Positions 20,801-33,602 of a stretch of 64,000 bases of DNA are shown here, in pieces. A program made the position numbers and the translations under genes. A model generated the notes under the pieces. That model saw only the letters and a program-made list of their open reading frames with translations. It had not been told where the DNA came from and made no database searches. Each line of letters begins with the position of its first letter. Position 1 is the first letter of the stretch. Source of the stretch: Trichodelitschia bisporula (lineage: Eukaryota); contig ML996689.1 in assembly GCA_010356995.1 (NCBI GenBank), forward strand, positions 231,873-295,872, given 5' to 3'.

Positions 20801-23800
20801 TATGTCGTCCTCGCCCTCGCATTCGTCCAGGGCATCGACCACCAGGATATGCGGAGTAGGGGAGGCGTCACCTTCGAGCTTCGACATGGGANNNNNNNNN
20901 NNNNNNNNNNNNNNNNNNNNNNNNNNNNNNNNNNNNNNNNNNNNNNNNNNNNNNNNNNNNNNNNNNNNNNNNNNNNNNNNNNNNNNNNNNNNNNNNNNNN
21001 NNNNNNNNNNNNNNNNNNNNNNNNNNNNNNNNNNNNNNNNNNNNNNNNNNNNNNNNNNNNNNNNNNNNNNNNNNNNNNNNNNNNNNNNNNNNNNNNNNNN
21101 NNNNNNNNNNNNNNNNNNNNNNNNNNNNNNNNNNNNNNNNNNNNNNNNNNNNNNNNNNNNNNNNNNGAGAAGTTCGACCCGGGTACCAATCAGGCAAGGC
21201 GCTTTTTTCCGCTCGTATGGGTTGGATGGTGTGTCTGCAGCCCTGGGCAAGTTTAGGAGCATTGCCGGCGCAGATGGATGTTCTGGCATCTCGACTTTGG
21301 CCGGCGGAACCAACAATAGAAGCTCTTTAGCGTACGCTGCCGCCGTCCCCGCCGCGTACGGCTGCCAGCTCTTATTCTTATGCGAGTCCGCATAGTCGCA
21401 TATTCCCCGCACAACAAGGCACGGAAAACTGTTCATGAGCCCCGCCGCCTCCATCTCAAAGCAGAGTACGCCTCCAAGCTTCGTGCTGACTTTGTCTCGT
21501 TCCTTGGCATCGCGCATGACTTGGTTCCCGGAGGCTATGGTGCCGTAATGGACAACAACATGCTCACCGCGCGGCTGCCGCCGTACCACGCACTCTTTCC
21601 GGCACTTCTGGCAGTCGTCCGGTCCTCCCTCATGATTGTAGGTAACGTGGTATAAATCATCTGGTCCGGCTTTGTCCCGTGCAAATCTTGGGTACTGGGC
21701 GAGCTTCGAGAGAGAGTGTAAGAACCCGACTCTCTCTCGGAGGTTATTCGCCTTTAGGGTTGCTATCGCCTTCAGGAAGACCTGCGGGGGAATTGAGGGA
21801 TCCAGTCCGTTCAAACTTGTCTGGTGTCGTCTTGCCGAAGTCGTACTGCACTACTCCGCCGTGATCCTTGAACGGATGACTGACGACGACATCCCCAAGC
21901 CGTAAATCAGCTGTACTCGGCACACCACCTCCGATGCCCACTATCAGGCCGAGCCGGACAGAGCTGAATGCCAACTGCATCTGGGCAGCAACCGAGGCTG
22001 CCGCATTGGTTCCTATTTGGCCTACGGGTAGGCACGCAATCACGACATTGTGTCCACCGATGCGGCCAAGTACATAGACGTTGGAATCAGCCGCATTCTG
22101 AGGGAGACTCTGATGTTCCTCATCTAGCATATCTTGAGCTGCCGCAAGTTCCATCGGGAGAGCGCATATCCATCCTATTGTATAGTCTTCATGACGAAGT
22201 CGGCGGGCTGGCCCACTTTTAGTGGCTCTCTGAGGGGCAAGTGGTAAAGTTGAGGTCTGGTCGACACTGCTCGTGGGGGCAGGTGTGATGGTCTCGCCAG
22301 CAACAGGTGAGGAGGGCCGTGAAAGGCCGGAAGAGGCACAGAAGTGGCCCCGTATCCGGATCCGCTTTGCAGGTGGCATCTTGGAAATAATGATGCTAGT
22401 CAAGAAATGGCGGAGTTGTGAAAATGCAGGAGTGGAACTCGAGGTTAAAGGCGAGGCTTTGGGGCTTCGAGCTGAGCTCAACTGCGGGGCAGAATGCCAA
22501 GAATGAGGCTGTGAGCTGTCGGGCGCGGAGAGGAGGACGAGATTGGAGGAGACACAGCCACATGCTACGGGGCATCAAATTCTCCTACGAACTGATCAGC
22601 TCATAGACGAAGACTTCGCTGGAGGACATACCCGGTTGTTCATCCATGTTGCACCGCCCACGCTGCTTGCGTCGTCTATACCCGTGTCGTAGGTGCTGTA
22701 CGGGATATCGAGACTGACCAGGGCTCGAGCATAAACAGGCTCAGGAGGATGCCGGAGTGGCGGTTATGGTTTTGGGTGGGAGTTTGGCAGAGCAGTGAGG
22801 GACAGACGGAGCATACAGACTGTTCTGACGGAGGAGATACATAGTTGATTCTGTGGAAGAGGTGGCCGGATAATGTGTGAGATGGGTGTTAGCAAGCGTC
22901 CTGGTGCTGGATTGAAGGCTCGATTGGAGTTGAGCAGACGACATCGTATCAGTCATGTTGTATCGTGTCGTCAGCGGGACTCGAGAAACATACAGTACCG
23001 TGGGACAATTGAGCTCGCGGGAGCGTGCGGCCATTCCAACTGCGAAGGAAAGGCCTCATCCCCATCGAGGTGAAACGATTGTCCATCACAACTCCACAAC
23101 TTGTCGTCAACAGACCAACAATGGCAAAAGGTTGAAGCGCTAGACAGCGCCTAGCTTCCCCTCGAACTAGCCTAGCGGCTCCTCCCGTCCATCAAGCGGC
23201 CCCACGTGGCCTGTATCCATCGCATTCCCGGCCTCGCAAGTACCCAATTCCACCACCTCTTCGTCTGCGAATAAACCGCGCCCAGCTCTCCCCTCGTCGA
23301 ATGGGCTATCGGAAATTACCTAGGCATACCCGCAGCAAGTCACGCCGCGCAAAGCCTTACGTATCAGCGTATCGCTCCCAGTGTGCAAACCTTCACCGGC
23401 GACTACCCCACCGCCCCCCGCACCTTCACGCAGCCGCCTTCTAGCAACCTCTCCCGCACAGCCCCTCCTGCGGCCCAACGGATAACCTCTACTACTACCA
23501 GCAGCTGCAGCAACTCATCCGGTGGTCGCAAGCAAAACTGCCCCCAGTTCCCGACCCCCCCGCAGCACCGCCGAAACCTCCGCCAGTTCGTGACCCTCGC
23601 ACCTCCCTACTCCCATTTCTCGTCTAGGCGCCCGCATAACCCACACACACCCACGTCCTAACCCTGACCCACCGTGGCTTCGTCCATAGCACTGGCTCCC
23701 CCTCGGAAGCCAGCCTAATCACTAACGCCATCTCCCTGCTGACCAGCACGCTGCCCCTCCCCCCGAAACGGCTCCTCCCGCGCACGCCGCACAAAATTCG

Positions 23801-24388
23801 CGCTCCCAATATCTGGTACCACGAACGTATGCTGCCCGTGCGGCACATTACGGTCGCTAATCAACTTCAGGCCCAGCAACGAGCCCTCGTACGCCCCCGT
23901 CCTCATCCGCCAGCGCGCCCGACACGCCCGCCTCAATGCCCCACGCGAGCCAAATAGGCAGTCTGTGCTCGGGCAGCGTGGCTGCTAGGGCGAGATCAGG
24001 CGAAAAGGTAGGCGAGGCAAGGGGTAAAGCGAGGTGAAGAAGTGGGCAAGACGAAGGGGCGGGCGAGACGAAGGGATGGGCGAGACGAAAAAGCGGCATG
24101 CGGGAGGACGCATTGAGGCGGCAGCGATGGAGAGACCCCAGAGGGGCACGAGGCGGAAGCTAGACAAAGTAGCGGAAGGCTGATTCTCGATGCTGGGTAA
24201 GCCGCTTTATAGATTTTCTAATTTATAAAATTCGTCCGCTGGAATTTGCTAGCCATCACCAGGGATACTGAACACTCTAAGCGCCCGACTTCTTGGAAGC
24301 CTGCATTGGGGAAATCTGACGCTAGAAACGCGGTTACAAGCCGCCGGATTTGGCGGCTATTTCCCCGGGGACACAGGTATATGTCTGT
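17817..24388 (-). mobile_element. Starship-like element, unit B: no captain seen, carries NLR copy 2
   Basis: Shares its terminus and ~5.4 kb with unit A. Bounded by cores at 17805-17816 and GACCTATGGCCG at 24389-24400. Confidence 0.78.
19025..22379 (-). pseudogene. PNP_UDP-NACHT-WD40 NLR copy 2, frameshifted, with only ~2 WD repeats. N gap 20892-21166 covers the P-loop region.
   Basis: Same domain motifs as copy 1. Single-base losses near 21790, 19596, 19540 and 19142 split the frame; some fall in homopolymers, so assembly error is possible. Confidence 0.8.
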
Positions 24389-24405
24389 GACCTATGGCCG
24401 TATGT
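24389..24405 (-). rRNA. 5S rRNA gene 5' fragment (ACATACGGCCATAGGTC)
   Basis: Joined to the body at 7840-7740 it gives a 118-nt 5S RNA. ACATACGGC can pair with the 3' GCTGTATAT to form helix I. Confidence 0.85.
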
Positions 24406-24717
24406 GCTTGGAGATGGTGAAGTTGAATTGATAAGGAAAAAATTTAAAGCCGTTGGCACGTCAAGGAAAAGAAGCTCAGCAGCGCCACACTCAACATCGC
24501 GACCGGAGGATAAACGGCCCGTGACCATGGTGAGCAACGTGCTTCAGGCGTAAACAGACCAAACGTAAGGAGCAGAAGACCCAAAAATCAAAAGTATGTA
24601 CGGATGTGCCAATTCCTCCAAATAGACAAATCTGACAAAATTAGAATGCTGAGATCATTACAACGCGTTGACCGCAAAAAATTCCCCTGCCAAACTTCAC
24701 CCTGATGCTCAATCGCC

Positions 24718-26118
24718 ATGGCCAGCCAAACAGGCAGCTCGCAGCTGCCATCTTCATCTTTCCGTAAGCTCGAGTCCAGGAAGATTTATGTTCAGCTAAG
24801 TTGATGCTGCCCAGACCGACTCCCCACCATCTCCGCATCTCAAGCGCTCAAGCAATCCAATGACGCCGGCACACGCGCCATCTCCACAGGTCTCCCGCAG
24901 CTCGACACCATCCTTCTCGGTCCGCAGGAGCGTAGCCGCAGCTCACAGCGCGCAGGCGGACTGGCGCGCGGGCAGGTAACAGAGATGTATGGACCTCCAG
25001 GCGTCGGCAAGACTGCGTTTGGGTAGGTGAACCCCGTACGCTGTTGAGTTACCAGGTCAAGCGCTGACCGAGCAACAATCAGCATTCAAGCTGCAGCTTC
25101 AGCCATTCACGCTGGACACAAGGTTGTCTGGCTTGGTGAGTGGATCGGCCGCGCCTGGGTCTCGACTGACGGTGCAGATGCGGCGACGCCCCTTGCATTT
25201 CCCCGCCTTGAGGCCGTCATCGCGGCTGCTGGGGATGGAACGCGCTCCCCGAAGGAGCTCATGAGCATGGTGCATCACTTTGCGGTACCGACGCTTGCGC
25301 ATCTCCTCGCGTTGGTGCTACATCCCGTTCCATCCTTCCCTCCGCCTGGTACGGGCTTGATAGTCGTGGACGCCGTATCGCTGCTCTTTGAAAACGCCTA
25401 CGAGAACGACCGCCCCAAAGGCACCAAGAACGACGCCAAGTGGCTGAGTGGCCGCAGATACGCCATTCTGGGCGAGCTGATGTCGAATCTAGTCCGCATG
25501 GCGACGCGGGGTAATCTCGCCGTTCTGCTTACTAGCCAGACGTCCACCAGGGTGCGGACTGGCCTGGGCGCGCTTTTGATGCCGTCGATATCGGAACGCG
25601 AATGGGAAGCTGGCGTCTCGACGCAGCTCGTGCTGTTCCGGGACAGGCCACCAAGGGGCACGGAGGATGGGCCTGACGCTGAGAAGTGGCGGGGCTTGCG
25701 ATACGTTGGTGTCATGAAGGTCAAGGGCGTGTCGATGGCCGTGGACGGGCGCTTTGAGACGGTTGTCCCGTTTACGATTCTCAAGGCATGTAGCCTCATT
25801 CTAGCTATCGTTGTCTAACCCCAGTAGACTGGTCTCCACGAGCTCCAGGCTCCCGAGAGCATCAAAGTCCCGATCATCTCCTCGCCGACTCGGCCCCCGA
25901 AACGCCCGTACGACGAAGTTCCCGACTCCGATCCCGACGCTCATCCAGACGAGCTACTTTCGGATGATGATTGGATTTGGGACGATGCTGAGGTAGTACC
26001 CGAAAAACTGGCAGACGCGGGCGCGGACGCGGGTACCGATGGGGGCGCAGGTATCACCACAGACGCCAGTCCATCCGCCCCGGACACCAGTCCGCGCAAC
26101 GAAAACGCACCTCCATAG
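24718..26118 (+). CDS. RAD55: RecA/Rad51-paralogue DNA repair protein (Rad55/Rhp55-like), multi-exon
   Basis: HRLPTISASQAL, ISTGLPQLD, GGLARGQVTEMYGPPGVGKT (Walker A), LIVVDAVS (Walker B), KRPYDEVPDSD tail. Introns start at 24764, ~25023, ~25136 and 25786 (GC donor). Confidence 0.82.
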
Positions 26119-29100
26119 CTCATTACCCACGCCCGCCGCCATTGGCCGTAGATAGGGCCTCCGCATGGTGACGCAACCTCAGCCTCATCTCCACTAGCCA
26201 CAAAAATACAATCCAGAAGCTTATCGCCCTCCACTACCACACTCTGGCCCTCCTAACCCGTCCGCTAGCCAATCTACCGTCAAATTTGCTGACCCCACCG
26301 TCCGCCCATTCCTCCCCGCATCTGAGTGGAGCACGACTATGGGCCCCCTCCAGACGCACTTACGGTGACTCACATACGCATCACGCTCTTGGGTTAGATC
26401 TGCGGCGGTCGCGTCCGCACTGCTGCGCGCACGCGCTGTTTGCTAGACCGCTCTTTGCTGGCGGCGCTGGGATGGGGATGCGGACCGGCGGGCCGCCCGG
26501 TGGGACACACGGCGGGACACACGGCGGGGACGGTGGGGTGTGTGTGCGACGCGATGCGGCGGCTCAGAAGCAGCGTGTGCGAGATGGATGTTACGTAGGC
26601 GAAGCTCTAGTGCGAGATTCAGCGTCTAGTCTCCGAGGCTTTCTAGCGCGTTAGGGTCGCCTTTGGTGGATGTCAGCCAGGCTGATTGCTTTTGCGGAAT
26701 GGCGGGGTGCGGGGGGAGATACAGATGGAGTTGGCGTAGCCGGGATCTGGGGTTGGAGGCGAGGCGGGGGATGGGGAGTGGGATGTTGGCATGCGCACTG
26801 CTGATGGATGGAACGGCCGCGATGTGGGGTACGGGGAAAGGCATATCGCAACAAGGCGTGCAGCGCGCGCCATCGCGCCCGCAGCCAGTTGGGCGAGCAC
26901 ATGCGTGGGGAGGCGGTGCTTCGTCGCCGCGACCCGAGGGTTCGGTTAAGAGCAAGGAGGGCTGGCCGGAGTGTGGCCGGAGTGTGGCCGGAGTGTGGCG
27001 ACCGTGGTGGGGATCTGGCGATGCGGTTGGACGCCGGGGATGGTGTGATACAACGGCCTGGATGTTGGCGTGCTATTACTGAGAGGATGTTGGCATGTGG
27101 GCGGCCGGGTTACCGCGCTCAGCGCCGGAAGGGCGGTTTATCGCTGTTGTTGGCAGCGCTTTTCTTTGTTGTGAGATAGGCGAGCAGGGGTGGTAGGGCG
27201 GAGCGGGGTGCGGGGGCGGGCCGGGGGCGGGGTAGGGGTGGATCGGGACTGCAGTCCTGGCGATAGATAACCACGTAGGGCAGGGCGATTCGGCGGGGAT
27301 GATTATCAGTTTCGACTGCCTCGCGAGTCGGGTTCGACGATACTACTCAGTGGCCGAGGAGCGGACCTGGAGACTGGTTGGCGGAGACTGACTCCTGCCC
27401 GGCCTCTCGCGAGTCGCGAGGCTCAACGGCGCGGCGACCCGATATTGGCATCGTGTTTGGCGCTTGTGGGGTGTGGGGTTTGCCACCGCGGCCTGCCTTG
27501 CCGCCTGCTACGTACCCGTTGGTGTATGGGACTCGTTGTGCGCCTGGTACGGGGGTGGACATGGCAATGGACGGCGGGGTAGATAGTGGCGCGCGCGGCG
27601 GTGAGAGCCAGAGTGCTGGGTGCGGGGAGTGCGGTTGGGCTGAGCTGGCTAAGTGGTGATTTTGGGGATGCGGGGCTGAGGATGGGGGCCGGTGGGGTTG
27701 GGCGATGGGGTAGTGTACGTAACGCGGGGAGGTGGAGTGGTAGTGTTGAGGTGGTGAGGCCGGTTGAGGGGTCGAGGTGCCGGATTTGGATGCCGGTGGA
27801 GGAAGGCGGAGGTTGTTGAGGTGTGCTGATTTCTTTTGCGTGGTGTATTGACGCCTTGCTTGGGCGAGAGATGCGGGCAAATATTGACAGTTGACAGATG
27901 GTGACGAGGATCCCGCATTAGGCGTTCGGCGTGCAGAGTGCGCTACCGTGCCTACCCCACAAGAATCCGGAACGTTCATACTTCTGGACCCGCGATTACT
28001 GTAGCTTTCTCAAATCGACTATTCTTGTTTCTATTCTGAACGCCATCAGCCTTGTTCACCGTTATCAGCCGTGGCGCCGGTGTGGCTGAACTCATGATCG
28101 TGGCTCGGGACGTACCGCACTCGCTTCAGCCTTGCGGGACTACAACCAGCCTCGTCAACCTCAGTGCTTAGATGATATCGGGACCTTCATTGCTGAGATC
28201 TTTGGCTTCTCCACGGACTGGTAGGCCGTGAAGTCTCTTGCTGATCTCTCCTCCTGTCATTAGCATTGTAAGCAGCAGCTCGGCTCCTGCGGCATGTTTC
28301 GTCAAGGCATCGGAAGCCGCCTAAGTCTTCGGTTAGAATCAAGGAAAAGAGGCTGGAGAAAAGCAAGTTTAGTGAGGATACAGTACTCGATATTGACACA
28401 TGCAAGTCAACCAACCTGCAAACTACCACTAAATCCCCCACAGGCTCCCCTCTCTCCCACGATATCCATCACCCAGATGCAAGCTGATGACGAACCCTCC
28501 AGCATGACGAGGATCCCCTTATCCATCACCAGCAGCCGCATACACCAATAAACTCAATCACCCCACCTCTCGGTTGCATCCTCCCGCCCCCAGACTCACG
28601 GGCAGATTTACTCCCCTCAAACAGGCTCAGCCCTCCGACATGTGAAACCAACCTCGCTCCGCAAACGCGGGGTAGTACAGTACGGTACGCGCCTCAGCCC
28701 TTCCCGCCTCCAATCCGGCAGGCCACTCTCCATCAGCCCTGCAGCTATTTACGCACCCTCCCCGAGTCTCCATGCGGGGTGCTCGAGTGCCTGTCCGTCA
28801 TCAACGGAGCCGCTAGTAGATGAGCGGGCCGCGCGGGCGCGGGGAAACCGGGTTTGGGGGTATATAGGGCGTTGATGGGGGTCGCTTTGGGGGTTGGCGG
28901 GCGGCCGAGGTTGTGCTAGGGCGAGGTATTGGTCGCTACTTTGCGGTAATGTGCCTGGCGATTCGGGAAGACGTCAACAGTGCTGGATGCAAGGGGAGGT
29001 ATGTCTATGCGGCGCGGCAGCACGCAAGGGATGTAAGACGGCAAATTGGGCGTACCGGAGTTCAAGGCGTGATGGCTGGGATTGATATAGATGCCGCCAT

Positions 29101-31037
29101 CGAAGACGTGTGTCCATCTCCTCGCCCTATTTGCGCGTTGATGGACCTACGATTCGTCATCCGCAGTAGAGCGCCAGACGATCTCAGCTCTGCATATACG
29201 GTCCACCTTCATCAACCACACTCGCGGTACACATTCCGTCCACGGAGATCATAGCCTGTCGTCCAGACCCTTCGGTTGCTCTTTCCCGCACTACGCAACG
29301 TATCAGACCTCGTATACCGCACACGGCCGCGCCCTTATCCTGCCGCAAATATATTAGCCCAGAGCCGGCGCCGCGCCCTAGTGAGGGGCTAGCAGCGAGT
29401 GCGGGTCGTCCCGTCCGCTAATCCCGGGCATGGCTCGGAGGAGAGAGCCGAGAAGGAGCCTCTGGCGGCCTGGATGTGGAGCCGGCGATGGCTCGATGGC
29501 GAGGAGATTAGATGGTGCGGGTGATATGATGCGATGGTTTGCCGAGCCGCCTTTAGCGGACCGGAAGCCGCTTCTTGCACGGCAACCCGGCACGCCCGGC
29601 ACCTCGACTGCTACTGTAGCTCCGGGCAAGAAGCAACGTCACATCGACTGCGGTGTGAAAATCCTCTAGCTGTCATCATCTCCAACCCAAATCCAGATCA
29701 TCGACCCCGCTAGCCCTCATCCGTGCACCCCCCCAAAACAACAGCAAGCGGCCCTACCACATAACCTGGAAACACACGAATTACCCGTGCCCCCCTCATA
29801 ACATCCCCGGCCCGTCAACGTCAGGCCAGATAGACAGAACACCACTCTGGACCTCGGTGATTTCCCCCATCCATCTCAAACACCCACCCCCACGAACCCA
29901 CCCGTCACCTGTATCATCTTCCCCAGGATGTCGCCCCAGCCCCTGCCCCAGCATCCACGGGGAATGCCGCCCGAAGCCGCGAAGAAGACATGTGGAAGCC
30001 GTCTTGCATCGAGATAGATGAACCCGCCCAGCCGCCAACCTCCCGCCCCCAGTGCCAAATTTGCCCACGTCCTCGTTTATGTATATGGCCGCTCAGGTCT
30101 GGCGTGCTGGTCCTGGCGGCGCATCGCGGAGGAGGGGTCTTGATAACGCAGAGTAGGGGCAGATGAAGGTGCTTTAGGCTATCGCATCCAGGCGCGGCAA
30201 CGACGTCGTCGCCCACGTCGACGGTAGACATGCTTCGCGGCCGCTGTTAGAAAAAGTCCGGAGAGATGATCGGACAGGCGATCAAACACCCTCCGCAAAC
30301 GTGCTTGCGGCCGAGATCCAGGCCCCCCCACAAAATCCCCCAAATCCGCGCCTTGCATCGCAGGTAAACCTCACCCCGTGCCCGCCACGCCCAGCCGCGC
30401 CACAACAATCTTCGCAAGTGGTAGGTACCACGCAGCCCGTACCTCGATATATTGCGCGGTGCGTAACAGTCCCTCTCAGCCTCCCTACCACAACCGCTCT
30501 CACCGCCGCAGTGGCGCGCGGACAATCCCGGAACACGCCGCCCGGAACACCCCGGGCGTGCCAGCGCGCACCACCCCGCCAATGGAACTCCGCCCCACCA
30601 TCGACCCCGGGCTACGAACTCCGGGCCCAAAGACCACGGCCTCACGCCAGTGATTGCGCGCGGTGTGCGTCATGTCGTTTTGGGTTTATCGGCGAGTCGT
30701 GCTACGGTGGGAAAGGGGAGTGTTTGTGGGGCGCTTGGGTTTCGGGGCCGGAGAGAGGTGCGCGCTCTTCGCGCAGAGGATGATGCGGGTGTTGGCATTT
30801 TTTGTGTGCCCAGCCAAACGTGCAAGGCCTCGTAAGGCGTAGCCGCTTGGATATCCCTGCTCGTCCCCGCCATTTTCCCCACGGATGGCGGGGAACGGGG
30901 TAGTGGGGTTTACCGTACGACATCAGGCAGGGTAATGACTGTTGCGTATGTTCGTTATTTTACAATCTCTCGCCCAGAGGCATGAGCTCCGCTTCAGGCT
31001 CGACTTCATCCCAATCTGCGATGTCCAACGCCAAAAC

Positions 31038-32436
31038 CTAGCTCGTGATAGCAGCCTGGCTCGCCCTCAAGCTGCCGACAACCGTAAACGCCAGAATCGG
31101 AGATATCACATACGAAACCTGCACACATTAGCCTCAACCCCATCCCATTCCCCACAGCCGAACTCACCGCAAGCAACTTCGAAATCGCTCTCCTCTCCAC
31201 ATCACTCGCATCACTAACCTCCACCATAGTAATAATCTTCATCGCCGGCGGCCCCGTCGGCATAAGCATGAGCGCAAACCACAGCATGGGATCATCCCCC
31301 AAAACCCCCCTCTTCGCCAGCGCATATATCACTGCAATGCTCCCAACGGGCCACACCACGAACCTAACCACCAGTATGAAGATACTTGTCCAAAGCCCAC
31401 CACTCCCCGTCCCGCCTCCCCCCGCCGTCCCCCGCGCCCGCGCCTGCGCCTCAGACGTGTACAGCGAAACACCAGCAATGACCACAGGCAACGGGACAAA
31501 TATACTCCCGACGTTCTGCAAGCTCGCCGTCAACCACGCCGTGAAAACACCCCCGTCCTGTGTGTCCGCGAAGAAAGCCCTATGCAGCCCCGGCGCTAGA
31601 CCGACGATGGCGCCTACTACCGCGCCCAGCAGCGGCGCGTTGAGAAAGTCGCCTAAGAAGACCAGCCACCAGCGTACCCGTGGGGACAGCTGGCTCCAGC
31701 GGCTGCGCGGCACGACGGAGGGCCGCCGATTATACTCCAGTGCCATGCCGGAGGGGTGTGTGGAGGGGAAGAACGCTACGCTGCGGCGGCGCGTATCGGG
31801 CGAAAGAGCGCGCGGCGAGACGGGCGCGAGGAGCGGCGCCGACTCGCCATCGTCGCCGTTGTAATCCGGTGCATTGTCGTCGGGCTTGTCATCATCCCCC
31901 CCGAGCTCAGGCTCGTGCTCCGCATCGATGAGCCGCGGTCCCACGGCGAAGGTCAAGCAGCTAGACACCGTGGCGAAGACGAGGAAGTAGCTCTTCGCGC
32001 GCTCAATCGCCGCGCGAAGTGGTTCGTCCGGCGCGACCAGCGCCTCCAGCACACCCGTTTCGGCGAGCGACTGGATAAGTAGCAGTGGGTAGCTTGTCGT
32101 GTTATTAAACATGATCGCCGCGGTTGCCCAATCCGGCAAGCCGAAGGCGAGATGCGCGGCCGCGCCGATGGCGAAGGATACGATATGGGCCACTAGGGCC
32201 CAGAGCAGGATGATGCCGTAGCGGTGCGCGGAGCCGGCATGCAGCTCGGAGCCTATTTTGACGAAGAGCAGCGCGGGGAGGAAGATCTTGATGCTGGCTT
32301 TGGACATGGTTTTTGCGGCGGCGGGGGTCATGAGGGAGAAGTGTGCCATGGCGGCGCCGTAGCTTATTACGAGCAGGACGGAGAGGCTGGCTTGGATGGC
32401 GGCGGCGAAGGTGTTGATTAGGCCGGTGGGTGACAT
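31038..32436 (-). CDS. Auxin efflux carrier (AEC / Mem_trans) family membrane transporter; intron 31119-31167
   Basis: IFLPALLF, FNNTTSYPLLL, LNAPLLGA and PTGPPAM motifs, with two hydrophobic halves. Spliced C-terminus VSYVISPILAFTVVGSLRASQAAITS*. Confidence 0.88.
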
Positions 32437-33602
32437 GATTGCGGTTGGCGGCGCGAGATGGACCTGGAGGAGGAGATGTTCAGAGGTTCAATTGAGCTCG
32501 AGAAGCTGTTGGAGAGCTTGTTGGAGCTTCGAGTTGCAGCTTCTTGGCCAGATTAAGTTGAGATCGGCAACGTCCCCCCACCTGCTGCATGTACCCCGCC
32601 GTATCCGCCTTGGAAGTGGAAAAAGCAAGGATGAATGACATGGGATTGCGCCATTGGAAAAGGCGATTTGCTCACTTTCCACATGTTGCTTTGGATGAAT
32701 CTGATGTCGGATATCTCGCTCCTCTTCTATATTCACGTCCTGGAAATACGTCACTTTGTTGTGCCCGCTCGCTCCCCACACCTCAGCCTCGTCCCCTCCC
32801 CGCGCAGCCTCATCCCAGACGTTACAAGATTGATAAGATAAATGCGCACAAGTGACCGTTACATACCCGTAACCTTACCCCGACGACAAGTGGAAGATAC
32901 CCCTACCCCCTCCCCGGCACCCCCACACATCTCATCTCAGCCCTCCTCCCTCCTCCCCGCAATCCCCCCCTCACCACCCCCGCATCCTCAGCTAAGGCCC
33001 ACGGCGTCGCATCCCATCGCACCCAGGGCGCGTAAGCAGCGCACCCCCTGAGAACACGCAGCCAAAGCGCACAGCGCTGCTTATATCCACAATTATCATT
33101 TCCGCAAAAGTGATTGTCCGATGTGAAGTGGAAGAGTGATCATTGCATTAAACCCGCTCTCCTATGACCCCTCCGCGCTGCATCCGGCCACACACCTATA
33201 TATCCCCCAAAAAACAGAGTCTATCGTACAACCACGCAAATGAAAACGAAACCGACCAGATGGTCTGGGGCTTCCAGCCATCTATCCTCCCATAGCCTCA
33301 AAGCGAACACCGCTGCTGTCCCATCGCACCACACGCCTTTCCTTCTATTGAGCCCTACAACCCGTACCCCTTAGAGGTATCACAGAAGCCGAAAATGAGA
33401 TTCGTGAGACAAGTCGTAACCTGGAACTGAGGCAAGCGACGTTAATCCACGCGTTGCAACTCAGGGGTCGCCCCCATCCCCGTCTATCCTCCGAAAAAAA
33501 AAACACGAGCGGCTTGAATGCTAACAAGACCGTCCTCCCATACCCGGCGCGCCACCTAACTTATCTGTAGGTAAAAAAAATTTCGCTCGTCGTAACACGT
33601 GA

